A DNA stretch of 64,000 bases from Squalus acanthias (taxonomy: Eukaryota), in assembly GCA_030390025.1 (NCBI GenBank), contig JASTWF010000340.1, positions 186,001 to 250,000 of the forward strand. The letters are read 5' to 3'. The notes beneath the pieces are model-generated. The model made no database searches and had not been told where the DNA came from. It was given only the letters and a program-made list of their open reading frames with translations. The position numbers and the translations under genes are program-made. Position 1 is the stretch's first letter. Every line of letters begins with the position of its first letter. Below, piece by piece: positions 1-10,644 of the stretch.

Positions 1-394
1 CTGATTACAGAATGTATAAACGTGGACACTGACAGTCTCCTCAATGGACCTCCGCTTATCAACAGTTCACAATGGAGCCACACGGTAACGATCAGCAGCG
101 GGCACTCTCTCTAGTTCGCTCTCCGCCCTAAATCACCCAACTCTCCCGAAAACTAAAACCAGTAGCACTCTCTCAACGTTACCAACTGAGAATTCTGCAC
201 AAACAAGTATCCGCTCCGACAGCTTTCCAATCTAAAGTGCTTCACACCAAACTAGGAGTTGCTGTCATCCACTGAGCTACTGGAGATCGGACACTGCCGG
301 GCTCAGTCCCGCTCTAACGCTTATATTTGCCCACTCAGTTACTTCAAAGAACTGGAATGCAGTAATTTAGGTAAAACATTGTTTCACGACTCAC

Positions 395-425
395 CAAACA
401 TCAGTAACAAGGCGGCTGTGTACAT
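395..425 (-). CDS. Probable signal-peptide exon 1 (MYTAALLLMF+G) of a receptor gene continuing off the left edge
   Basis: ATG at 425-423, 31 coding nt, hydrophobic, ends in a phase-1 consensus donor G|GTGAGT. This is the layout of split-leader exon 1 in Ig-like receptor genes. Confidence 0.55.
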
Positions 426-548
426 GTTCTAGAGTGAGCTACTTTCAGACAAGAGAGCTGTAAGGAATGGCGACTGAGTCTCTTGCTCCCCCTCCAGGAT
501 GGTCATACCTGGAAGCGTTCAGAGAATGAGAGCTGAAACAAAGGCTGA

Positions 549-557
549 GAGGAAGTG
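549..557 (+). promoter_or_regulatory. ETS/PU.1-type site
   Basis: GAGGAAGTG about 125 bp upstream of the putative leader ATG at 425. Short motif, so it could be chance. Confidence 0.3.
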
Positions 558-659
558 AGGTGGCCCCACAATTAAAGCAATCGCACCACAATTAAATAAG
601 GATTGGAACTTTGCATGGTTCAACATGGGAACATTTAAATTTCATACAGTTATCTCAGG

Positions 660-1050
660 ATGTGGAGACTAGAATGGACAATGAACCCAGAACAGCACCG
701 TCAATCATTTGTCTTTAGTTAGAGCCTCATCTCTCAACATGGTCAGGAGCTCTAATGCTTGCAAGAGACCGTTTCCCCCTTCAGCCTCTTAGTGACAGCA
801 TCAAACACTAAAAAGTCATGCGCACTATAGCAAAATACAAGGGCAAAGTGAATCAACACAAATCTCAGAAGAGCGCCCCCTACTGTATAGATCATCGTTT
901 CTGAATTTCGTTAAACCTCCATCATTTGGGCTGTTTTAGTGAGATGCGGTTTGCTCCAGAATCGTTGCTGCTTTTACGCTGAAGTCGATTAAAAAGAAAA
1001 CTGAAACATCCAGAAACTGACAGCAGTATTTTTACACGGAGATCGGGTAT
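660..1050. repeat. Local duplication, copy 1 (paralog at ~1950-2340)
   Basis: Shared blocks such as gaaca(g/a)caccgtcaatcatttg, agtgagatgc and gattaaaaagaaaactg...aactgacagc occur in the same order in both copies. Confidence 0.75.
872..886 (-). promoter_or_regulatory. CTCF-like motif
   Basis: Reverse complement ACAGTAGGGGGCGCT, one mismatch to the CCASYAGRKGGCR core. Confidence 0.45.
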
Positions 1051-1949
1051 AGTGAAAATACACGGGTATGTTTAATATGAATCCCATATTGAGCTGGTTT
1101 ACTGTTGATAATAATTGATTGATTTCTACCGTCTTCTTCAAATACTATCTCCATCATGGAAATGATGGTGAAAACAAAACTAATGATGTTATGGTGCAAC
1201 ATTCCATCTCTCCTCAGTAGAAGAGAACTGTAATGGCCTCCGCTGAAATGCACCGACACATTTAGAGATGTGTTCGAAACTGAGAATGCTCATTTGAAAC
1301 ATTTGAATTAAAATGCGGAACAGAATCTGTGCAGCTCTGTTCCTTAACCGCTTTCACCTCCACAGCCATGCCGAACCATGTCATACTGTGACTGGGAGCT
1401 CACATTTCCGCAAAGAAGAGGTTTAGTTTAGACGAGTATAATTAAATAAGTGCATTAAACACCTTCACTCAAAATCAAGGGCGATTTCATCAAGAACCAC
1501 ACATTCCCCCGTTGGTTCAATAAGTTCACCGAGTCTGAAACTTCATTAATAATCACAATAACAAGGGGCTTTGGTAAAAAGAGTCTGAGTTTGATATTTC
1601 TTCTACCAGGACCGCGTCTGACGGGTAATAGGAACTGTTAATATTCCCTGAAGCAGTGAATCCCTGATACTCAGTGTGCCGGAATACCTGTCCATCAACA
1701 AAAGCAACAACAAGCATTTATGGAGCGCCGTAAAATGTCCCAAGGCTCTTCACAGGAGCGATTATAAATCAAAATTCGACAGAGTTTAAGGGAAAAAGTT
1801 CCGGACCTTAGGTCCTTGGCAACTGAAGACAAGGCCGTCAGAGGTGGAGTGCAGAAAATGAGGGATGTTCAAGAGGAAGGAGGCCATTCGACCCATCATA
1901 TCACTGAATTGGAATGTTGCAATGTATAACATCATAATATTTGAATATT

Positions 1950-2340
1950 AGACTGAATGAAGGTTCCAGATTGGACTATGCACTCAGAACAACACCGTCA
2001 ATCATTTGAGCTGTGTTAGAACATTAGCTCCCATCATGGTCAGGTACTCCAGTGTTGGGAATTAACCGTTTCCCGCTCGAAACGAATGCGCAGGTCAGTA
2101 AAATACAACAAAGTGACTCAACCCATACCTCAGAAGAGCGCCACCTACTGTATCGATCCAGCATTTTAATTTTATATTTTGTATCGCTCATTGTTCCTCT
2201 AATTTGCTGAACAAACATCCTGCGATCGATTTGAGTGAGATGCCGTTAGCTCCGGATATGTTGTCCATTTTACGTTGCAGTTGATTAAAAAGAAAACTGG
2301 AACATCCTGAAACTGACAGCGATTGTGTTACATGGAAACC
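1950..2340. repeat. Local duplication, copy 2
   Basis: Colinear similarity to 660-1050. Confidence 0.75.
2137..2151 (-). promoter_or_regulatory. CTCF-like motif
   Basis: Reverse complement ACAGTAGGTGGCGCT, at the homologous position of the duplicated unit. Confidence 0.45.
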
Positions 2341-2359
2341 TGTTGTAATGAATATCCAA

Positions 2360-2620
2360 GAGGCAAGAATTTGATGATTGCTGTGGTCTCGGAGGGTTGT
2401 AGGGCTGGAGGAGGTTACATAAATAGGGAGGTGCGGGGCCATGGAGGGATTTGAACATAAGGATGAGAATTGTGGGGCTAGAGGAGTTTGCAGGGATAGG
2501 GAGGGGCGGGGCCATGGTGGGATTTGAACATAAGAAAGAGAATTGTGGGGCTCGAGAAGGTAAATGTGATGGGGAGGGAAGGGGCCATGGATTTTTATAT
2601 CACGATGAGAATTGAAAACG
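2360..2620 (-). repeat. L2-derived fragment with about three tandem ~72-bp copies
   Basis: Repeated ggggccatgg..ggatttgaacataag..gagaattgtggggct; minus translation FKSLHGPAPPYLCNLL matches an L2 3' ORF. Confidence 0.6.
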
Positions 2621-3009
2621 TTTGTTTTAAAGGCATAGGGTTAAAAATAAGTATGGACAGATGAATAGAAAGAATGCTTTTAACAATAGTCTAAAAATAT
2701 TTAAATTAAAGTTGTTGTGTATTCTATGTATTTTTGGTTGTGAATAGAATGTATATATGTGTTTGAGTCCTCTGTCTATTTTTAGCTTCCTTATCATGTT
2801 AATAAGTGTTGTTATTTTTATTAAGTGTAGTAACGACATCAAGGGCACGTTATGCAATAAATGCCATGACAAATTTTATTGGTAACTGTTGTTAACATCA
2901 TTCATTTTGTGCCATTTAGCTCTTTCAGTTCTGCTCCTCTGAACGTTTAACATTTATGATGAAGTCCAGTCATATCATTAGAATTTATCGGACGGGATAT
3001 TCCGCTTGT

Positions 3010-3650
3010 AGAATCTTGGAAATTTACTGCACAGAAGGAGGCCATTCGGCCCATCATGTTTGTGCCGGCCGAGAAAGCGCCAGCCAGCCTAATCCCACTT
3101 TCCAACTCTTAGTTCGTAACCCTCTAGGTTACAGCACTTCAAATGCATATCCAAGTACTTTTTAAACGTGATGAGGGTTTTTGCCACTACCACCCTTTCA
3201 GGCAGTGAGTTTCAAATCCCTACTACCCTTTGGGTGAATCAAGTTCTCCTCAAATCCCCTCTAAACCTTCTACCAATAACTTTAAATCTACACCCCCTGA
3301 TTATTGACCTCTCTGCTAAGGGAAATAGGTGCTTCCCATCCACTCTATCAAGGTGCCTCGTTATTTTGTACACCTCAATTAAGTCTCCCCGCAGCCTTAT
3401 CTGTTCAAAATCAAACAACCCAGCCTATCGAAAATAACAAGATAAAATGCTGGAAATGCTCAGCAGGCTAGGCCGCAACTAGGTGAGAGAAACAGAGTTA
3501 ACGTTTCAGGTCGATGACCCTATCAACTCTTTCCTCAAAGCTAAAATTCTCCAGTCCTGATAACATCCCGTAAATCTCTTCTGTACCCTTTCTAGTGAAA
3601 TCACATCTTTCCTGTAATGTGGTGACCAGAATTGTACGCAGTACTCTTGC
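3010..3650 (-). mobile_element. CR1 LINE 3' fragment, interrupted at ~3430-3518 by a MER6-like/PLE-derived piece
   Basis: CR1 RT C-terminal sequence (same family as 10884-11507); insert flanked by a cctatc direct repeat (3424-3429/3519-3524). Confidence 0.75.
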
Positions 3651-3962
3651 AGTAATTCCCGCGGAGTAACTCCAGCGAAACGAGAGCAGGCTGTCTGGAC
3701 CGCAATGTCCGGTGGCTTCTTGGTCCCCCTTAATCAGCTCGTCGCCCCCATAGCCCCCAGTTTGGGAATCTCTATTCTATTGTATGGATAGGAACACTGG
3801 CACGAAACCGAGTGACGTAATCTGTTTGTTCAGAGGACTGGAACTTACATGAGGATAATTGATTCACTGGAGACTCCCGACAGGTTTAACCGAGGAATCC
3901 ATTGAATGTGACACAGAGATAAAGTCTACAGCTTGTAGGATTCACATCGCTCCTCATAGAAA

Positions 3963-4032
3963 ATGCACGGACCAGCCATTGGTCCTGTGTATGCCATTTA
4001 CTATCCCGTCCTCGCAGCTATTGGCGCTCCAC
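3963..4032 (+). CDS. GPR139/GPR142-like GPCR, exon 1 (MHGPAIGPVYAIYYPVLAAIGAP)
   Basis: ATG plus 23 codons plus 1 nt, donor C|GTAATT. Encodes the first half of TM1 (YYPVLAAIG.P) and joins exon 2 in frame (phase 1). Confidence 0.8.
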
Positions 4033-4421
4033 GTAATTTGCTACGGTATTGATTGTGCAAACGGCTTCTCAAAGCAGTTACTTTATTTGTTGTTTTTTAT
4101 TCAGAGATCAGTCTCTTCCTTTAAGGATGGGGCAGACCTTTTCACATCTTCTGCTGTGCTTGAAAGTGAGCGATTTCATCTGAGATCCCACCTTGTGATC
4201 AGAAATGATTGAAAGCACAGCGATCGCTGTTGTTGATTCTCGCAGATGTACAGTTTGCTTAGACTCTGCACTGTGCACCATTTTAGAGGAATTGTTCACC
4301 CATTTATTGAAACGCTTAACATTTGCCTTACAACAGCCGACAAAACCTCTAATGAATGTTTAGCTCCACTACTGCGACCGGCATTTCAGTTTAACTGATT
4401 TTGGGCGGTTCATTACAGTGT

Positions 4422-4620
4422 CAGCCGTAGCTCAGTGGGCAGCGCTCTCGCTCTTGAGTCAGAAGGTTGTAGCTTCAGCGACCCACACAAGAGACTTGAG
4501 CACAAAAATTCGAGGCTGACGCTCCAGCGCAGTGCTGAGGGAGCGCTACACTGTCGGCAGGTGCCATCTTTCGGTTGAGACATTAAACCGAGGCCCCTTC
4601 TGCTCTCTCAGATGCAGGTG
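4422..4620 (+). mobile_element. tRNA-derived SINE with Deu domain (SacSINE1/AmnSINE-like), truncated
   Basis: A-box gtagctcagtgg followed by the Deu-like core gctgagggagcgct..ggtgccatctttcggttgagacattaaaccgaggcccc. Confidence 0.75.
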
Positions 4621-5130
4621 AAGGAGGAAGGATGTAAAGGTTTTGGAGAGGTTACAGAGCAGGTTTACCAGGAAGTTGCACGGGATGAGGGAATTTAATT
4701 ATGTGGCGAGTGTTGGGAAACTGGGATTGTTCTCTTTCGAACAGGGAAGATTAAGAGGTAACCAAATAGAGGCATTCAAAATGCGGAAGGATTTTGATGC
4801 AGCAGGTGGTGATAAATGTAGGGCACTGGCAAAGAGGTCGGTAATCAGAGTTCATAGATTTACAGAAATTGTCAAAATAATTAGAGGGGAGTTAAGGATT
4901 TTTTTACACAGTGGATGGCTAAAATCTGGAACGCACGACCCGAAAGCGTGGTGGAAGCAGATTCCATGGGAAATTTCAAACTGCTCTTGTACATATTCTG
5001 GAAGACTAATTTGCAGTGTTATGGAGAGGAAGCTAGGGTGTGCGATTAACTTGGACAGTTCTTTCAAAGAGCCGGCACAGGCACGACGGGCCTAATGACC
5101 ACCTTATGTGCTGTAGTATTCTGTGATTCT
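4620..5130 (+). mobile_element. CR1 LINE 3' fragment
   Basis: ERLQSRFTR...LGLFSFEQGRLRG, degenerate RT C-terminus. Confidence 0.75.
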
Positions 5131-5407
5131 GTGGTATTATAGTGTATTGTCGTGCATTAATTACATTACGGTCTACTTTATGGTACTAGACTCTATTGCA
5201 ATTATATACTTGTTCTGTAATTCTTCATATGGTATTATACTTCTAATACCTCTCTAAATGTATTATGGTGTAACAAATGTTATTAAACTGTGTTAGAGTA
5301 CACTAATAACATTACAGTGCATTATTTGATATTATAATATATTATAATTTAATGAATTGTATTACGGTGCGCTGTGCAGCATTATACTGTATTATATGGA
5401 AAGGGTC

Positions 5408-5866
5408 AGCAGTGGCTCAGTTGGTAGTACTCTCACCTCTGAGTCAGAAATTATTGTGTTCAAAGTCCCACCACAGAGACTGAGCACAAAAATCGAGGCT
5501 GACATTCCAGTGCAGTACTGAGGGAGTGCAGTACTGAGGGAGCGCTGCATTATCAGAGGTGCCGTCATTCGGATGAGATTTTAATCCGAAACCACGTCTG
5601 CTCTCTCAGGTGGGAGTAAAAGATCCCATGACACTATTCCAAAGAGGAGTGGGGGAGGTATCGCTGGTGTCCTGGGCGAAAAAACTATCCGTCAATCAAC
5701 AAAACAAGATTATCTGGTCATAACAATATTGCTGTTTGCGGGAGCTTGCTGTACAGAAATTGGCTGGCGAGTTTCCTGCATTAAAACTGCGCTTCATTGG
5801 CAGTAACGCACTTTAGGACGGCTGGAGGCCGTGAAAGGCGCTGTATGAATGCACATTTTTTCTTTC
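5408..5866 (+). mobile_element. Near full-length SacSINE1/DeuSINE-like SINE
   Basis: tRNA head (tggctcagttgg...gttcaaagtcc), Deu domain and L2-like tail gtgaaaggcgctgtatgaatgca. Confidence 0.8.
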
Positions 5867-6024
5867 AATATAGAGCATCAATTGTATAATGGTGCTTTAC
5901 ATGGTATTGCAATGTATTATCTGTTAACTCACTGTGTTATACTGATTTAGCTGCGTTATAGCGCACTATATGGTGTTATGCTGTATTACACTGCATCAAT
6001 TGTATTACAGTGCAACAATAGCAA

Positions 6025-6385
6025 ATAAGAACATGAGAATTCGGAGGAGGAGAAGGACATACGGGCCCTCGAGCCTGCTCCGTCATTCAATAAGATGACG
6101 GCTAGTCTTCGAGCTCAAATCCAGTTTCCGTCCGACCCCATACCCCGTGATTCCCTTAGTGCCCAACAATCTATCGACCTCCGCCTTGAATATACTCAAC
6201 GAATGAACATCCACAGGCCTCTGCGGTAGAGGATTCCAAACATTCACTACCCTCTGAGCGAAGAGATTCGTTCTCATCTCATTCTTAAATGGCCGATCCC
6301 TTATCCTGAGTCAGTGTCCCCTAGTTCTAGAGAGCCCAGCGCGGGGAAACAGCCTCTCAGCATCTCCCCTCTCAATCTCACTCAG
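6025..6385 (-). mobile_element. CR1 LINE 3' end
   Basis: FAQRVVNVWNPLP motif and CR1 3' UTR. Confidence 0.75.
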
Positions 6386-6925
6386 ATACGGTGCTATACT
6401 CTATTATACTGAGTTAGATTTATTACAGTGCTATGTGGTGTAGTGATGCTGCGTCATCCATGTACCAAGACGACACAATTAATCAAATGGCTTAATTTCG
6501 GCTCCTAGTTGAGATTGACTGATTCTGAGCCGCTGCAGTCCGTACAGTGAAAATGCTCTCACATTGCTATTGGGTAGGGATTTCCAGGATTTCAACCCAG
6601 CAATAATATTATGTTCAAGTCAGGATGGTACTTGACTTGGAGTTGAACTCCCGCACCTGCTTCCCCTGGTATTCCTGCTGGTGGAAGTCGCAGCTTTGAG
6701 TGGAGCTGCCGAAGAGGTCTTGGCGGGTTGTAACCGTGCAGCCGGTAGATAGTACACACTGCAGCCACCGTACTCCGCTGGTAGAGGGTGTGGATTTCAG
6801 GTTTAATGTGGAAGAGCTGGATCAAATATCAAAGTTGCAATTTTCATAGAACGTTCGGTGAAAATCGAGCCTGTGTTGTGAGTCTCAGCCCTCATTTCCT
6901 TGTCTTTTCCCGCTCTTGTTAACAG

Positions 6926-7842
6926 TGAATTTGGTGGCGGTTGTGATCCTGTCGCGGGGAAGGTGCGGACTCTCCAGATGCATCAGTCACTACCTGGTGG
7001 GCATGGCAGCGACGGATCTGCTGGTCATCCTTACCGCGGTGATACTGAACCGGATCGGTGGGATTTATTTCCGGGACAGTTGGCTCTCCACCACTCCCGC
7101 CTGTAGTCTCAGTACGGTTCTGGTTTACACAACCAGAGACAGTTCGGTCTGGTTAACGGTCGCTTTCACTTTCGATCGATTCGTAGCCATTTGTTGCCAG
7201 GAGCTGAAAACGAGATATTGCACCGAGAAAACGGCGGCTGAGGTTATAGCGGCTGTTTGTGCGATGAGCTGTTTGAAAAACATTCCCTTTTACTTTACAT
7301 ACCAGCCGTTGTATATCGTCAACAGAGTGCCCTGGTTCTGTGACATCAAATTAAGCTATTACACTTCCCCTGCATGGAAAGCCTACGACTGGCTCGACCG
7401 TATATTAACACCATGTCTCCCTTTCTTTCTGATTCTGCTGCTCAATGTTATGACCGTCCGGCACATTGTAGCGGCCAGTCGAGTCCGCAGGGGACTCCGG
7501 GGTAACAGGGATGGTGAAAATCACAGGGACCCAGAGATGGAGAATCGGAGAAAATCCATCATTTTACTGTTCGCGATATCCCTCAGTTTCCTGCTGTTGT
7601 GGATAACGTACGTCGTTCACTTCCTGTACGTCAGAATTATAGACGATTCTTATTTCACAGGTTTCAATTTCAATGACCAACGCTTTATACTCCAAGAAAG
7701 TACAAACATGCTCCAGCTCCTCAGCTCCTGCACCAACACCTTTATTTATGCAGTGACCCAGACTAAATTCAGAGAAGAGTTGAAGAATGCGGTGAAATAT
7801 CCCTTCACTTTGCTTGTGAGTTGCTTTAAGCATTGCAAGTGA
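6926..7842 (+). CDS. GPR139/GPR142-like class A GPCR, exon 2 (spliced protein 328 aa)
   Basis: Acceptor ttgttaacag|TG AAT; open frame with TM1 end NLVAVVIL, TM2 MAATDLL, TM3 TFDRFVAIC, TM5 PCLPFFLILLLN, TM7 NTFIY; stop at 7840-7842. Confidence 0.9.
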
Positions 7843-8099
7843 AAGCATCCTGCGTTAATTATGGGTCACGTTTCGCACTGTGTTGTTCCTATTTTTGGTT
7901 TGTAAACTCGGTTTCTTCTACTTGCCCCTGTCCTAATTTGAATCGCAAGCACGCCCTCCGAGACTCTCCCCCATCAAGGGAAACCCACACTTGAAATAAA
8001 CCACTTGCATTTATATAGCGCTGTTCATGTCCTTGTGTAAGCGGTAGATTCCGACACCAAATAGACGTTTCTCCCTTTACTGTATTTGACACACACAGT

Positions 8100-8843
8100 G
8101 GCCCGAAAATTAGTGCCGCTACGCCAGAGTACGCACTGTGTACTCTCGCGTATTCTGTCTCCAATTGCCGGTTTTCTGCATGCACTGCGCATGCGCTGAA
8201 AACCGGCACTTGGTGAATTCAAAAGGGTGGCGGTTCCGAGGTGAACCGCGTGCGCGCTACAGGCTGTGCGCACGCAGTGCACTTAGTGCTTTGAACGCGC
8301 AGGTAAGCATGGAACATTTTGGACATAAAGAAAGGAGGCGTAAGACCCTCTTTTAACAAGGTAAGTAGTTAATTAAGTATTATTTTGAATTTTTTTTAAC
8401 AGGTATATCTTTTTTAGAGACTTTAAAGACAGGTAAGTTTATTTTTATAACTTTTTAAAAGATTTTAAATATTTTCAAAAATGTTAATTTTTTGTTTAAA
8501 ATGGTTAATTTATTTAACTATACTTATTTTATTAATTTGATGGTTTTTAAAAAAAAATTAATTGAGGTTTAGCTGTTGTTTTGGGGGGTATAGATTCATA
8601 GCTTTCACAACACTTCTGTGAAAGCTATGAATGAAAGATGGTGTGCTGCCATTGGCTCTAACTGAGTCACGTGATCCCACAGCTCGCACGAATTAACTGC
8701 GCCTGTGGGATACGGAAGCCCTGCACAGCTGCTTTCCAGAACATCAAGTTCGTGCGAGCTGGGACTGAAAAAGCCAGCGCGCAGTGAGAGTACGCGGGGA
8801 AGCCTTACCCTCGCACGAATGCTCCCTCACGAATTTTTGGGCC
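8100..8843. mobile_element. PIF/Harbinger-like MITE
   Basis: 16-bp TIRs GGCCCGAAAATTAGTG / CACGAATTTTTGGGCC (14/16 match), 3-bp TSD AGT at 8097-8099 and 8844-8846, AT-rich non-coding interior. Confidence 0.7.
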
Positions 8844-8979
8844 AGTATCTTTATTCAGTAGACAGACAGAGAAATAAACGATGTTATTGCGATTTCCCCG
8901 CGTTGAAATGTAATCTTTATTGATTCCTACACTCCCTGCAAGTTGTTCAGTAAAGTTTACGGTCTTCGTATTATGATTT

Positions 8980-9925
8980 CCTACCCAGCTCTACCTCTAC
9001 TCCACATCTTTCAAACCCTCTACCAACACCCTGCTATCAGACTGCTTGTCCGACATCCAGTACTGGATGAGTTGAAGTTTCCTCGAATTAAATATCGGGA
9101 AGCCTGAAGCCATTGTCCTCGGTTTACTCCACGAACTTCATCCATTTCCACAGATTCGATCTCTTTCCCGGCAACTGTCTAAAGCTGATCATGTCTGTTC
9201 TGAAACATGGTGTTATATTTGATCACGAATTGAGATTCCAACCACATATCCATTATATCACTAACACTGCCCATTTCCACCTTTGTAATTATTGCCAGTT
9301 TCCACCCGTACATCAACTTATTTGCTGCTGGAATTCTCATCCATGCATTTATCACCTCTGGGCTTGACTATTCCAATGCACTCCTGGTTGTCCTCCCTAG
9401 CTCTATCCTTGATAAACTTGACTTAATCTAAATCTTCCACCCGCAATCTAACTCACAACAATCCTGCTCACGCATCTCACCCGTCTTGCTGACCTGCATT
9501 TGCTCCTAGTTAAGCAACACTTCGATTATAAAATTTGCATCCTTTTTCATATCCCTCCATGGCCTCTTCCCTCCTTATCTGTGTAATCTCCTCCATCCCA
9601 AAAATCGCCCGAGGACACTGCACCTCACCTATTGCGGACTTTTGAACAACCACGATTTTAAATGCTCCACAATTCCGGTCGTGCCTTCAGCTGCCTAGGC
9701 GCTAAGCTCTGGAATTCCCTCCCTAAATCTCGCCACCTCGCTACTTCTCTGTCGTCCTTTAAGGCTCTCCTTAAAGGCCTACATCTTTCATCAAGCGTTA
9801 TTTCATCTGCCCCAACATCTCCGTATATGGCTCGGTGTCAATTTTAATTGGTAACACTCCTATGAGGCGCCTTGCGACGTTTTATTACTTTAAAGCGCTA
9901 TATAAATATAAGTTGATAAGTTGTT
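8980..9925 (+). mobile_element. L2-clade LINE 3' fragment
   Basis: Degenerate RT C-terminus (LDYSNALL..., RAFS..LWNSLP) and tail aaagcgctatataaat..aagttg. Confidence 0.7.
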
Positions 9926-10644
9926 TTTGCTTCTTACCCACATGAATATTGCTGATTCATTATAGCATGACACGTTTTACTGTGAACAACAGCCCCAGAA
10001 ATAATATATTTCCTTCAAAACTACAGATTCTAACTGGTTTTGCATTATGTCCTATTGTCTCTCTTCCTCTCTCAAGAAAGAGCTCGTTTCACAAAAAGAA
10101 GTAAACAGAAACGAATCGCGCATCTTCACTTTCAGTAAAACCTAAACAACAGTGTCTGCTAAATTGAATCCTGACACATTAAACCCTAAAACATCCTGGT
10201 GTTGACAACTTTTAACCATTTAGTTATTTCGAGCTACAGGGCAATTTTAGTTTAGTAATTCACGGGATGTGGGCGTGGCTGGCAAGGCCAGCATTTATTG
10301 GCCATCCATAATAGCCCTTGACAAGGTGGTGGTGAACGGCCTGATACAACTGAGTGGCTTGCTGGGCCATTTCAGAAGACAGTGAATAGTCAACCACATT
10401 GCTGTCGGTCTGGAATCAAATAAAGGCTAGACCAGGTAAGGACGTCAGATTTACTTCCCTAAACGATGTTAGTGAACCAGTTGGGCTTTTACGACACTCC
10501 GGTTGTTTCATGGTCGCCATACTGATGTTACCTTGTTGTTCCAGATTTATTAACTGAATTTCAATTCCCCAGTTGCCGTGGTTCGATTTGAACACTTGTC
10601 TATGGATCATTAGTCAGAACGCTGAATTACTTTTGTAATATAAA

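Larger units (their letters stand above)
5130..6450. repeat. Degenerate AT-rich low-complexity repeat (tattacagtg-like), interrupted by a SINE and a CR1 tail
   Basis: Recurring tattaca/tattatac/ggtgcta units at 5130-5400, 5870-6020 and 6385-6450. Confidence 0.5.

Noticed and set aside
6916..6925. ORF-track start MLTV for the GPCR
   Set aside because: The TTG lies in the acceptor region of the intron; the true start is the exon 1 ATG at 3963.
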